NCBI GenBank assembly: GCA_963704705.1
Contig: OY969931.1
Location: forward strand, 750,001-782,000
Reading direction: 5' to 3'
Source of the DNA: an uncultured bacterium
GTDB taxonomy: Bacteria; Patescibacteriota; Gracilibacteria; UBA1369; PNNO01
Length of the DNA: 32,000 nucleotides
Shown here in pieces: positions 9,236-22,114 of the stretch (positions are counted from its first letter, which is position 1; every line of letters begins with the position of its first letter). The notes below the pieces were generated by a model. That model had not been told where the DNA came from. It saw only the letters and a program-made list of their open reading frames with translations, and made no database searches. The position numbers and the translations under genes are program-made.

Positions 9236-10480
9236 ATGAGCGCTCTATCTAAAAATGATCCAAAAGTAAACGAAATTCTCGAAAAAGAAAAACAAAGACA
9301 GGCAGAAGGAATAGAACTAATTCCATCAGAAAACTATGCTTCTGAAGCAGTAATGGAGGCTACCGGCTCAATTTTTACAAATAAATATTCAGAAGGCTAC
9401 CCAGGTAAAAGATATTATGGCGGACAGGAAAACGTAGACCTTGTTGAACAGCTTGCAATTGATAGAGCAAAAGAATTATTTGGAGTTGAACACGTTAATG
9501 TACAGCCATATTCAGGCAGCCCTGCAAATGCAGCCGTATATTTTGGACTTTTGGAATACGGAGACACAATTATGGGACTTAAACTGGATCACGGAGGCCA
9601 TATAACTCATGGATTACCAATAAGTTTAAGCGGAAAATACTTTAATATCGCGCCTTATGGTGTTGAAAAAGAAACCGGAATGCTGAACATGGATGAAGTT
9701 CGTGAAATCGCAATTAAAAATAAGCCAAAACTTATAATTGCGGGCTACACAGCTTATCCACGAAAAATTGACTGGAAAGCATTTAAAGAAATTGCTGACG
9801 AAACAGGGGCCATTTTAATGGCTGATATTGCACACATAGCCGGTTTAATTGCAGGTGGCGCTCATGAAAGCCCGGTTCCATATTTTGATGTAATTACAAC
9901 AACAACTCATAAAACTTTGCGCGGACCAAGAGGTGCAATGATTATGTGTAAAGAAAAATACGCAAAAGATATTGATCGTGCTGTGTTCCCTGGTTTGCAA
10001 GGCGGCCCTCACGATAATACTACTGCAGCAAAAGCTGTTGCTTTTGGAGAAGCATTGCAGCCTGAATTTAAAGATTATGCAATGCAGGTTGTTAATAATG
10101 CACGTGCACTGGCTGCAAAATTAATCGAATATGGATTTAATCTTGTAACCGGTGGCACTGACAATCATTTAATTTTGATAGATCTTACAAATAAAGGTAT
10201 TCCCGGGAAAGTTGCACAGGAAGTTCTTGATAATGCAGGTATAACACTTAATAAAAATACAGTTCCTTATGATCCCCGCTCCCCTTTTGATCCAAGCGGG
10301 ATTCGGCTTGGAACACCAGCGCTTACAACAAGGGGCATGAAAGAGCCTGAAATGCATAAAGTAGCAACATTAATGGCAAGCGCTTTGGAAGAATATGAAA
10401 ATGATGAACATTTGGCAAAAATTAAAGATGAAGTTAAAGATCTTTGTAAAAGCTTCCCGGTTCCTGGAATTAAAATTTAA
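9236..10480 (+). CDS. glyA: Serine hydroxymethyltransferase
   Basis: [32 protein letters not shown] and [18 protein letters not shown] motifs. Confidence 0.97.
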   Translation: MSALSKNDPKVNEILEKEKQRQAEGIELIPSENYASEAVMEATGSIFTNKYSEGYPGKRYYGGQENVDLVEQLAIDRAKELFGVEHVNVQPYSGSPANAAVYFGLLEYGDTIMGLKLDHGGHITHGLPISLSGKYFNIAPYGVEKETGMLNMDEVREIAIKNKPKLIIAGYTAYPRKIDWKAFKEIADETGAILMADIAHIAGLIAGGAHESPVPYFDVITTTTHKTLRGPRGAMIMCKEKYAKDIDRAVFPGLQGGPHDNTTAAKAVAFGEALQPEFKDYAMQVVNNARALAAKLIEYGFNLVTGGTDNHLILIDLTNKGIPGKVAQEVLDNAGITLNKNTVPYDPRSPFDPSGIRLGTPALTTRGMKEPEMHKVATLMASALEEYENDEHLAKIKDEVKDLCKSFPVPGIKI

Positions 10481-12060
10481 GAATTATGTTTAAGAACGAT
10501 TAGGGTAATATCATCCATTTGTTTATAGTCACCCATAAATTCTTTAACATTCTTTAAAATTGAATTTCTTATTTCAGTTGCTGTAGGTAAACTCGCAAAC
10601 TGCTGAAGTGTTGATTTAAATCTATCCACACCATAGTTTTCCTTTTCATTTTTCCATGCTTCGGGGATACCATCAGTATATAATAAAATCACATCTCCAG
10701 GTCCAAACTGCGCAACCTGCTCTTCAACCATTTTACTTACGTCCGGAAACATTCCAAGTGCGATACCTCCCCCTTTAAGCAGGGTAACATCACCTGTTTG
10801 TGCATTAAAATGAAGCATTTGTTCGTGTCCGGCATTAACATAAGTTAAAGCTTTGTTAGTATTATCCCAGTTTAATAAACATAAAGTTATAAACATATTG
10901 GCAAGTGATTTTGCCTTTAATACTCTGTTAACTTCAATGATCACATCTTTTAATATAGGATTTTTAACATTACTGTAGAACATTGCATTTGCAATTGATC
11001 CCAAAATCCCGGAAGGCACTCCATGGCCCGTAACATCACCGACATAAAACATCACATTATTTTCATCACGCTGTAAAAAGTCATATACATCACCTCCGAT
11101 TTCTTCAGCAGGTACAAGGCCCGCAGAAACATCAACTCCTTTTAATTCAGGCAATTTTTTTGGAATTAAATCAGCCTGAATTTTCTGTGCCAATTCGAGT
11201 TCTTTTGCCACGCGTTCTTTATAAACAAGCGCTTTTGTACTATTATCAAGATCAACCGCCATTTTATTAAACGCATCTCCAAGTATTTCAAGCTCGTCAT
11301 GTGTTTTAATATTTATTCTATATTGAAAATCTCCCTGACCTATTACTCCTGCTCCTGTTGTAAGTGTTTGAATTGGTTTTGTAATTCTGTTAGCAACGAA
11401 AACAATCATAATAAGACCTATTACGATTCCTAATAATGCCAATATAAGGATTCTAATTGCACCATTTCTTATTAATGTATCTAAATATGCATAATTAACA
11501 TGATAAACAACAGCAAACTCATCCTGAACCGGATAAACAAAATACTGAACCCTTTCCAATTCTCCAATTGGGTCAACCGCGACTTCGTTTTCATCAACAT
11601 ACGAAATATCATAACCTTCTTCAAATTCCACTTTTTTCAAAAATATAACTCTTCCATCATTTGTTTTTACTGAAGGATTTTGTGATTTTAATTGCTTTAT
11701 TAAATTAGCATCCTGCACTATTCTTGTAGGTCCGCTGTATTGTTGATCTTTTTCTTCCTGAGAATCGTACAACATCTCACCGCTGTAATTGAATATCTGT
11801 ATCAAATCGATATTTTTAGTTTTGCTGAAAGTTTCTGTTATTCCACGGTTGAAATAAATAAATCCGTTTTGAGCGAGATATAAATTATAATTATTTACAA
11901 TATCATTAGCTGTTAATTCACCAAATGAACGTACTCTGAAAAATACATCTGACGTTAAACTCTTTTCCTGTTCCCTGATCAATAAAAACGCAGCAGCTCC
12001 AAACAATCCTATAATTAGGAGTGTTATAACAGCTATTAATTTTGTTTTAATTGAGTACAT
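10477..12060 (-). CDS. Membrane sensor phosphatase: extracytoplasmic (Cache-like?) region, HAMP, SpoIIE/RsbU-type PP2C domain
   Basis: Two TM segments flanking about 200 aa; [30 protein letters not shown]; [34 protein letters not shown]...[12 protein letters not shown]...[19 protein letters not shown] phosphatase motifs. Confidence 0.88.
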   Translation of the reverse strand: MYSIKTKLIAVITLLIIGLFGAAAFLLIREQEKSLTSDVFFRVRSFGELTANDIVNNYNLYLAQNGFIYFNRGITETFSKTKNIDLIQIFNYSGEMLYDSQEEKDQQYSGPTRIVQDANLIKQLKSQNPSVKTNDGRVIFLKKVEFEEGYDISYVDENEVAVDPIGELERVQYFVYPVQDEFAVVYHVNYAYLDTLIRNGAIRILILALLGIVIGLIMIVFVANRITKPIQTLTTGAGVIGQGDFQYRINIKTHDELEILGDAFNKMAVDLDNSTKALVYKERVAKELELAQKIQADLIPKKLPELKGVDVSAGLVPAEEIGGDVYDFLQRDENNVMFYVGDVTGHGVPSGILGSIANAMFYSNVKNPILKDVIIEVNRVLKAKSLANMFITLCLLNWDNTNKALTYVNAGHEQMLHFNAQTGDVTLLKGGGIALGMFPDVSKMVEEQVAQFGPGDVILLYTDGIPEAWKNEKENYGVDRFKSTLQQFASLPTATEIRNSILKNVKEFMGDYKQMDDITLIVLKHNS

Positions 12061-12062
12061 AT

Positions 12063-13604
12063 TTAAATTTTAGAAACTTCAGAAGCCAAAATATATCCAT
12101 CGAGCCTCGGATGGAAATGAATACCCACCCTAATACCATAAATTGTTTCCGTTTCAAATAACGGAACACCTATAATTTCTTCATCTGTAATTATCTTCAT
12201 TATTTCTTGTAATTGTTCCAACCTTTTTTCCTGATCAAGATTTTTTAGACTTAAATCGATTAATTGATCTACTTTTTTACTGGTAAACTCTCCTCCGTTA
12301 AAATCACCTTCTGAATAAACAACATTCTCCAAAAAACCGCTTGCATCACCTAATTCGCTTCTCCAAGCCAGCAAATATATTTCGGATTCTTTTTTGAATA
12401 TTTTTTCACGTAATAATTCAAATGGTAAATAATTGATATTCGAACTTATACCAATATCATTTAACTGAGTTTTGATAAATTCTCCTATGCCTTCAGCACC
12501 TTTTACCATATCAATGGATATTGAAGGTCTTTTAAACGGATCAAAATCTCTTACTAATTCTTTTGCCTTCTCAATATCCTGTGTTTTTTTTGTAATATCA
12601 GGGTTATATCCAAAAATTCCATTACTAACAAATTGATTTGATGGTATAGCGTAACCATTTGAAAATTCAACGAAGGCCTCTTTATCAAATGCCATTGATA
12701 AAGCTTCTCTTATTCTCTTATCTTTAAAAAATTCCGAATTAAAATTAAATATTAAAAAATTCACTTCAAGACTTGGCAGAGAAATAATATTTACGGAATT
12801 CTGATCTTCCAATTCATCGGCAAAGGTTGGAGGAACATTGGCAAGTATTTGAATTTCATCGTTTTTAATTGCATCAATTCTTGAAAATTTGTTTTCAATG
12901 GTTTGCAGAAAAACATATTTATAAAACGGAAGTTTGCCCCAATAATCATCAAAACGTTCCAAAGCTATTTCATTATCTTCTTGTGCGCTTAATTTATAAG
13001 GAGCAGTGCCCACAGGTTTTTCAAAATCAGTTGTTTCCGAAGAAAATATTAAAACCGAAGCAATTCTATTAACTAAAATAGGATCAGGTTTAGTCGTATA
13101 AAATCTGACCGTTAAATCATCAACTTTTTCAATTCTATCAATTGTATTTAATAAACCTTTTAATTCAGATCCATCATATTTAAGTGCCCTGTTAAAACTC
13201 GCGATTACATCATCAGCATCGAATTTACTCATATCATGAAATAAAACATTCGGTCTTAAATTAAATTCCCATGTTGTTTCATTAATTCTTCCCCATGAAA
13301 CAGCTAATCCAGGTTGGATTTGAAGATTTCTATCGGTTTTAACCAAGGCTTCATATAAATTTAATGTACGCGCCCTGGAATTCGGATTTGAAATAACCGG
13401 ATCAAGACTTTCATAATTTACAGCATAAGCTATTCTTAATGATAAATCTGAAATATTCTGCTGAGCCTCTTTAATCGGGAAAATATCACTTAAATAATTT
13501 TTTCTGAAGTCATTAAATTCTTGCTGAAAAAATAAATATATAAGCAGGAAGCCCATTAAGGCAAAAAGTGCTAAATAAAATACTATTTTTAATATAAATT
13601 TCAT
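12063..13604 (-). CDS. Family-5 (peptide/nickel-type) extracytoplasmic solute-binding protein with N-terminal TM anchor
   Basis: RIAYAVNYESLDPVISN...LYEALVKTDRNLQIQPGLAVSW...TTWEFNLRPNVLFHDMSKFDADDVIASFNRAL and IREALSMAFDKEAFV. Confidence 0.85.
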   Translation of the reverse strand: MKFILKIVFYLALFALMGFLLIYLFFQQEFNDFRKNYLSDIFPIKEAQQNISDLSLRIAYAVNYESLDPVISNPNSRARTLNLYEALVKTDRNLQIQPGLAVSWGRINETTWEFNLRPNVLFHDMSKFDADDVIASFNRALKYDGSELKGLLNTIDRIEKVDDLTVRFYTTKPDPILVNRIASVLIFSSETTDFEKPVGTAPYKLSAQEDNEIALERFDDYWGKLPFYKYVFLQTIENKFSRIDAIKNDEIQILANVPPTFADELEDQNSVNIISLPSLEVNFLIFNFNSEFFKDKRIREALSMAFDKEAFVEFSNGYAIPSNQFVSNGIFGYNPDITKKTQDIEKAKELVRDFDPFKRPSISIDMVKGAEGIGEFIKTQLNDIGISSNINYLPFELLREKIFKKESEIYLLAWRSELGDASGFLENVVYSEGDFNGGEFTSKKVDQLIDLSLKNLDQEKRLEQLQEIMKIITDEEIIGVPLFETETIYGIRVGIHFHPRLDGYILASEVSKI

Positions 13605-13689
13605 GTTTTTTTGGCTTTTTATTTTTGTTTTTCAGATACAAAACTATCGATATATTATACTACGATTTTACGTTAAGGGCAACCTTGGT

Positions 13690-15516
13690 CTAATCATCAC
13701 GTTTTAAAATAGACATGAAAGCTTCCTGTGGAATATCCACATTACCTACTTTTTTCATGCGTTTTTTTCCTTCTTTCTGCTTTTTTAACAATTTATCTTT
13801 TCTTGTACGGTCACCTCCATATAATTTTGCGGTTACGTCTTTTCTTAATGCTTTAATTGTTTCTCTTGCAATGATTTTTGCTCCAATTGCAGCCTGAATC
13901 GGCACCTCAAACTGAGTTCGTGGTATTAATTTTTTTAATTTTTTAACAATTGATACTCCTGTATGATAAGCTTCATCTCTATGAACTATTACCGATAAGG
14001 CTTCGACAACTTTTCCTCCGACCAAAATATCCAGTTTAACAAGATTTTCAGCCCTATATTCAAAGAAATCATAATTCATTGATGCATAACCTGAAGTTCC
14101 GCTTTTTAAGGCATCATAAAAATCAACTACAATTGAAGCCAAAGGTATTTCAAAAGTAATTATTACGCGATCCTGATCAATATATTGCATATTCTTATTT
14201 AATCCCCTTCTTTCCTGAACTAATTTCATAACAACGCCAACATATTCTTTTGGAGTAACAACTTCCAGTTTCATCCACGGCTCTTTAATTGCTGTTAATT
14301 TAGCTGGATCAGGAAGCTGGGCAGGACTTGAAATAAACTGCTCTGTTCCGTCAACAACAACAACAATATAAGATACAGAAGGTGAAGTAATAATTAAATT
14401 CAGATCATATTCACGTTCAAGTCTTTCCTGAACAATTTCCATATGCAGCATACCTAAAAATCCGCATCTAAAACCAAATCCAAGAGCACCTGACTGTTCA
14501 GGCTCAAAAGATAACGCGGAATCATTAATCTGAAGTTTTTCAAGTGCATCGCGAAGTAATGGATAATCGTCCCCATCAACACAAAAAATGCCAGCAAACA
14601 CATAAGGTTTTACAATATTATAACCTGCTAAAGGTTTTGCACTATTTAAATCAACTTTTTGCCTGCCCGGATGCCAGATTGTATCACCAACACGAGCCTC
14701 GGCAACTGTTTTAAGCCCAGTTACAATATAACCAACCTCACCTGGATTCAATTCTGTTGAAGGCTGATATTGAGGCCTAAAATATCCACATTCCATTACT
14801 TCAATCTCTTTTTTGGTATGAAGTAGATGTACTCTATCACCTCTTTTAATTCCCCCGCTCATTACACGTACATAAGCCACAACTCCTTTGTAGGTATCGT
14901 AAACTGAATCAAAAATTAAAGCTTTGAATTCATCATCTTTTGTTGATTCTGCAGGAGGCGGAACTTTTTGAATAACTGCCTCTAGAACTTTTTCAATATT
15001 TGTACCTTCTTTTGCAGAAACAGCAATTATTTCTTCTTTTGGAATTCCCAATGCACTTTCTATTTCTGATGAAACTTTCTCAACATCTGATGAAGGTAAA
15101 TCAATTTTATTTAAAACAGGTATGATTTCAAGATTATGATCAATTGCCATATAACAATTTGCAAGGGTTTGAGCTTGAATTCCCTGAGTTGCATCAACAA
15201 TTAAAATAGCGCCTTCACAAGCTGCTAAACTGCGTGAAACTTCATAGCTAAAATCAACATGCCCCGGAGTATCAATCAAATTTAAAATATATTCATCTCC
15301 TTCATAATTCCAATTCATTTTTACTGGCTGAAGCTTAATGGTTATGCCTCTTTCCTGTTCAATATCCATTGTATCCAAATGCTGTCCATGTTTCATATCA
15401 CGTTTATTAACAGTATTCGTTACTTCAAGAAAACGATCAGCTAATGTTGATTTTCCGTGATCAATATGCGCAATAATACAGAAATTTCGAATATTTTGTA
15501 TAATTTTTTTATTCAG
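13690..15516 (-). CDS. lepA: Elongation factor 4 (LepA)
   Basis: [21 protein letters not shown] and [25 protein letters not shown]. The frame continues upstream of the ATG at 15396 through [33 protein letters not shown], so the true start is non-ATG near 15516 (CTG) or 15534 (ATT). Confidence 0.95.
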   Translation of the reverse strand: MNKKIIQNIRNFCIIAHIDHGKSTLADRFLEVTNTVNKRDMKHGQHLDTMDIEQERGITIKLQPVKMNWNYEGDEYILNLIDTPGHVDFSYEVSRSLAACEGAILIVDATQGIQAQTLANCYMAIDHNLEIIPVLNKIDLPSSDVEKVSSEIESALGIPKEEIIAVSAKEGTNIEKVLEAVIQKVPPPAESTKDDEFKALIFDSVYDTYKGVVAYVRVMSGGIKRGDRVHLLHTKKEIEVMECGYFRPQYQPSTELNPGEVGYIVTGLKTVAEARVGDTIWHPGRQKVDLNSAKPLAGYNIVKPYVFAGIFCVDGDDYPLLRDALEKLQINDSALSFEPEQSGALGFGFRCGFLGMLHMEIVQERLEREYDLNLIITSPSVSYIVVVVDGTEQFISSPAQLPDPAKLTAIKEPWMKLEVVTPKEYVGVVMKLVQERRGLNKNMQYIDQDRVIITFEIPLASIVVDFYDALKSGTSGYASMNYDFFEYRAENLVKLDILVGGKVVEALSVIVHRDEAYHTGVSIVKKLKKLIPRTQFEVPIQAAIGAKIIARETIKALRKDVTAKLYGGDRTRKDKLLKKQKEGKKRMKKVGNVDIPQEAFMSILKRDD

Positions 15517-15641
15517 CTGTTTCTTTATTAAAATATATCTTGGGAGATTCTATCAAAACAATGATACTTTGTAAATCATTCTTGAATTATAAGCCAAATT
15601 TTGATATAATAGTATGAATATAAAATAAAACAAAAAAGCTA

Positions 15642-16106
15642 ATGCAAGCGATGGTACCTCAAAATGTACAAGTTGCAGATAAAATAGTTGGTCCGCTCAC
15701 ACTTCGTCACATGATAATAATAGGAGCTGGTGGCGGGCTTGCGTATCTTGTTTATGTAATACTTGCAAGAAGTTATTATTGGGAAGTTTGGCTGCCACCT
15801 GTTGCTATTATTTCGACAATAACATTGCTAGTAGCTTTTTTAAAAATTTATAATCTGCCTTTTGGAAAATTTTTTATATTATTAATGGAATTTATTTTTG
15901 TTCCTAGAAAAAGAGCATGGGTAAAAAACAGCGGAGAAATTTTCGGTAAAAAACACATTATTGCAAAAGACACACATGAAAAAGAAAAAAAGATAATAAA
16001 AGGTGAAAAAGCTCAACAGACTTTAAAGAAAATTGACGATATCAGCCAAATCCTTGATACATACGGCAAGGAAGCACACAAATCAGCACTTAATAAACAA
16101 AAATAA
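15642..16106 (+). CDS. PrgI-family-like membrane protein
   Basis: N-terminal VPQNVQVADKIVGPLTLRHMIIIGAGGGLAYLVY, two adjacent TM segments, then a charged tail. Position directly before a VirB4/TraC N-terminal-like gene. Confidence 0.7.
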   Translation: MQAMVPQNVQVADKIVGPLTLRHMIIIGAGGGLAYLVYVILARSYYWEVWLPPVAIISTITLLVAFLKIYNLPFGKFFILLMEFIFVPRKRAWVKNSGEIFGKKHIIAKDTHEKEKKIIKGEKAQQTLKKIDDISQILDTYGKEAHKSALNKQK

Positions 16107-16912
16107 TGGCACAGGACACAAAAATCAAAGCAAATGATAAAGCAATAAAAAAGGCAAACAAAGCAGCTGCAATATCAAGTTCGCAGCTATATATGAAAAT
16201 CGCTGAAATACGTGATGATACAGTTGTGTTAAAAAGCGGCGGTATAAGAGGAATTTTGAAGGTTTCAAGTATAAACTTTAATTTGAAATCTGATGATGAA
16301 CAAAATGCAATTATTTATTCATATCAGGGATTCATCAACTCTCTTGAATTCCCTATTCAAATTGTAATCAGATCAAAAAAACTTGATATAGATAATTATA
16401 TCGATCAATTAAACGACATTGGTGAAAAACAAACAAATGACCTGCTTCAAAGACAAACTTATGAATATATCGATTATATCCAACGTCTCATTGAGTTTGC
16501 GGATATTATGGAAAAGGAGTTTTTGGTAATAGTGCCTTTTGATCCATTTAGATCGGTTAAACCAAATGTACTGCAAAGATTTTTTCAAAATCTTTCACCA
16601 AAAGACACACTTGCAGAATTCTCTAAAAGAAATAAAGAATTTGCAAATTTAAAAAAGAATCTAAATCAAAGAATGAATGTTGTTAAATCTGGATTGCAAA
16701 ATACTGGTCTGCAGGTTGAACAACTCAAAACCAAAGATTTAATCGGTTTATTCTACGAAATATATAATCCCATAACATCAAGAACTCAAAAATTTGAAGA
16801 TATCACAGAAACAAATCTACGAATTGACTCCGATGTTTTGGATGAAGCTACCCGCAATGAAATCGGCAGTGATGAAGACGAAGAAGCAACATCAGGTGAA
16901 AATGTAGGATAA
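16106..16912 (+). CDS. TraC/VirB4 N-terminal-domain-like protein lacking the ATPase part
   Basis: LYMKIAEIRDDTVVLKSGGIRGILKVSSINFNLKSDDEQNAIIYSYQGFINSLEFPIQIVIRSKKLDIDNYI resembles the N-terminal region; no Walker motifs in 268 aa. Confidence 0.65.
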   Translation: MAQDTKIKANDKAIKKANKAAAISSSQLYMKIAEIRDDTVVLKSGGIRGILKVSSINFNLKSDDEQNAIIYSYQGFINSLEFPIQIVIRSKKLDIDNYIDQLNDIGEKQTNDLLQRQTYEYIDYIQRLIEFADIMEKEFLVIVPFDPFRSVKPNVLQRFFQNLSPKDTLAEFSKRNKEFANLKKNLNQRMNVVKSGLQNTGLQVEQLKTKDLIGLFYEIYNPITSRTQKFEDITETNLRIDSDVLDEATRNEIGSDEDEEATSGENVG

Positions 16913-16920
16913 CTAATAAT

Positions 16921-17265
16921 ATGAATCCGTTAGATAATTTTAAATATGAACATGTTGATGAAGAAAACTTAATACCTCAAGGTTGGTATAAGGTTTTTGT
17001 TTCATTTACGGACAGATCAGGTAAAAACGTAGAGTTACAATTAGATAATATTAAAATTGATGAAGGAGAAACAATAGATAAACTTCAAAAACAAGCAAAA
17101 TCTGAAGCAAGTTCAGCTGGTTTACATAATTTTGGTATGGATGTTTATTATAAAAGATTTCCAAATGGTCATCCTGTAAAATTTCGATTAGAACATGAAA
17201 AAACAGAGCAAACATTTAAATTTACTGAGTTTTATGATGCAAATGGTTATCCTGTAAATAAATAA
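16921..17265 (+). CDS. Hypothetical protein, 114 aa, possibly in an operon with the two preceding genes
   Basis: Intact ORF 8 bp after the upstream stop; no recognised family. Confidence 0.55.
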   Translation: MNPLDNFKYEHVDEENLIPQGWYKVFVSFTDRSGKNVELQLDNIKIDEGETIDKLQKQAKSEASSAGLHNFGMDVYYKRFPNGHPVKFRLEHEKTEQTFKFTEFYDANGYPVNK

Positions 17266-17271
17266 AAACCC

Positions 17272-17393
<122 letters not shown>

Positions 17394-17444
17394 GAGCTTT
17401 TAATTATAAAGGAGCAAATGTAATATTTGTCCGATTGTTATTCG

Positions 17445-17557
17445 TACAAATTGCTAGTCATTACGACCTAAACAAGTATCGATACCTAGTCTCTTACAAG
17501 CATGCGACTAAGTATCAACACCTGAATTAGGTCGAAAGTAAGTTCAAGTTATAAGTT
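17445..17557 (-). repeat. 3' half of the 23S processing stem, with an extra hairpin arm
   Basis: 17445-17461 and 17536-17557 are complementary to 20577-20593 and 20554-20576. Between them, 17464-17471 pairs with 17527-17534, and 17481-17491 nearly pairs with 17506-17516. Confidence 0.75.
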
Positions 17558-20553
<2,996 letters not shown>

Positions 20554-20593
20554 AACTTATAAGGTTGAACTTACTTATGACTAGCAATTTGTA
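20554..20593 (-). repeat. 5' half of the 23S processing stem
   Basis: Reverse strand TACAAATTGCTAGTCAT-AAGTAAGTTCAA-CC-TTATAAGTT, complementary to the 23S 3' flank. Confidence 0.8.
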
Positions 20594-20672
20594 TTAATAA
20601 CAAATTGCTAATTCTTTTAAAATTAAAAGTTAAATTGCATTTTTACATTTACTCCTATTTATCAAGGATCAA

Positions 20673-20710
20673 ATAAAAAAAAGTGTGTATCTATATGTGT
20701 ACACACTCCT
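20673..20710 (-). terminator. Probable rho-independent terminator just upstream of the 23S leader
   Basis: Reverse strand AGTGTGTACACATATAGATACACACT followed by TTTTTTT. Confidence 0.65.
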
Positions 20711-20865
20711 TCGTCTTAAAACTTGCGTAACGTTTTTTACGTTTTAAAATAAAAGGGTATGTACGGGGTTTTTGGCATAAAATAGGTAAAAACTCACTTT
20801 AAGCTCTAGGATTATATAGAATCATAATATTCAAGTCAAGCTTTTTTTGCTTTTATTTATACGAA

Positions 20866-21126
20866 TTAATTGCCACATCCCGAGCATCCGCTCAAGTTCG
20901 CATTTCCGTCATTATCAACTCCACAACTTGCGACTTCACAACCAGCGCAATTACACGCAGCCTTATCACATCCAAGCATAATTCCGGAAGCAAGGAGAAC
21001 TGCCGCTATCAGACCTTTTTTCTTTGCTAAAAAAGAAAGAATTTTAGAACCCCCTTCTTTTTGTTCGGGATTACCAGCGGGTTCAACAGAAGAAATTGAC
21101 TCTAATTGATTTAGTTTATCTGACAT
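20866..21126 (-). CDS. Small membrane-tethered Cys-rich protein, possible lipoprotein
   Basis: 86 aa: charged N-terminus, hydrophobic stretch ending LLASGIMLGC, then KAACNCAGCEVASCGVDNDGNANLSGCSGCGN. Confidence 0.6.
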   Translation of the reverse strand: MSDKLNQLESISSVEPAGNPEQKEGGSKILSFLAKKKGLIAAVLLASGIMLGCDKAACNCAGCEVASCGVDNDGNANLSGCSGCGN

Positions 21127-21188
21127 GTTTAAAAAGTTTAATAATTATTAAGACGTAATTTTAGCATGTTTTATAAACTTGTCAATCT

Positions 21189-21440
21189 TTATTCAGGTGG
21201 CATGAAAAATATAGGACCAAATACAGTTCTCATAAATGTCTGCAAAGTATCGGTTATATATAATAAGGTAATAATAAAGGTCGCAACACCTAATAATAAT
21301 ATTAAAGTATGAGTTCCGCCCATGCCGAGATATTTCTCTGCAAAACCAATACTTCCGGTAAAGTCTTTTATTTTGGCTCTGTAAATAATAATTAAAAAAG
21401 ATAAAGGGAATCCGAATAATCCAAACAAAAATTTATCCAT
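21189..21440 (-). CDS. Small hypothetical membrane protein (about two TM segments)
   Basis: 83 aa intact ORF with hydrophobic stretches LFGLFGFPLSFLIIIY and THTLILLLGVATFIITLLYI. Confidence 0.5.
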   Translation of the reverse strand: MDKFLFGLFGFPLSFLIIIYRAKIKDFTGSIGFAEKYLGMGGTHTLILLLGVATFIITLLYITDTLQTFMRTVFGPIFFMPPE

Positions 21441-21498
21441 TGTGGCATAGTTATTTATTCTTAAACTATTTTACCACAATGGATAAGATTTAGAAGTA

Positions 21499-21969
21499 TT
21501 ATTGAAGAGATTGTGCTTTATCTGCAAGTCTTGTACCGTTTGAACCTTTTTCGCGAACATCAGAAATCGCTTTTCTGCATGAATTTGCTTTATCTGCATT
21601 GTCTTTTCTTTCAGCAGTATCTAATGCAGATCTAAGTCTTGCTTCTACTTCGAAAGATTTATTATTTAGAATTTTGCAAGCATCATATGCGTCTCTAAAT
21701 AAAACATCTTCGCTGTCTCCGTCGTCTCTTCTTTCCATACGTTTAACTCTTTGTTTACAGGTCTTTTCCAGTTTTATGAGCATTTCTTTGTCAGCTTTTC
21801 CTTGCTGACCAGCGCATTTTTTATAATCACTTGAACAAGCAATTACACCAGGTATTACCGAAGCTATTAAAGCAATTGTTGCCATTTTTAATCTGGCCAT
21901 GCCGGAACTATGATTTTTATTAGCTTCAACCCCAATTCGAGGTCTGCCTTGTTTTTCTAAATTTTCCAT
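21499..21969 (-). CDS. Predicted lipoprotein of unknown function; start may be internal (MARLKM...)
   Basis: MARLKMATIALIASVIPGVIAC lipobox-like segment, then a charged helical mature part with four further cysteines. Confidence 0.55.
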   Translation of the reverse strand: MENLEKQGRPRIGVEANKNHSSGMARLKMATIALIASVIPGVIACSSDYKKCAGQQGKADKEMLIKLEKTCKQRVKRMERRDDGDSEDVLFRDAYDACKILNNKSFEVEARLRSALDTAERKDNADKANSCRKAISDVREKGSNGTRLADKAQSLQ

Positions 21970-22114
21970 AATTATTTGGTTAATTTTAAATTAGGTTATA
22001 TTTTGCTATATTTTTATATATTTGTCAAGGTTAAAGTAATACATTTAAATAAATATTTTTCTTGCACGTTTTTTAAAAAATAAGTATGTTAAATAGGGTT
22101 TGATTAAAAAGGTT

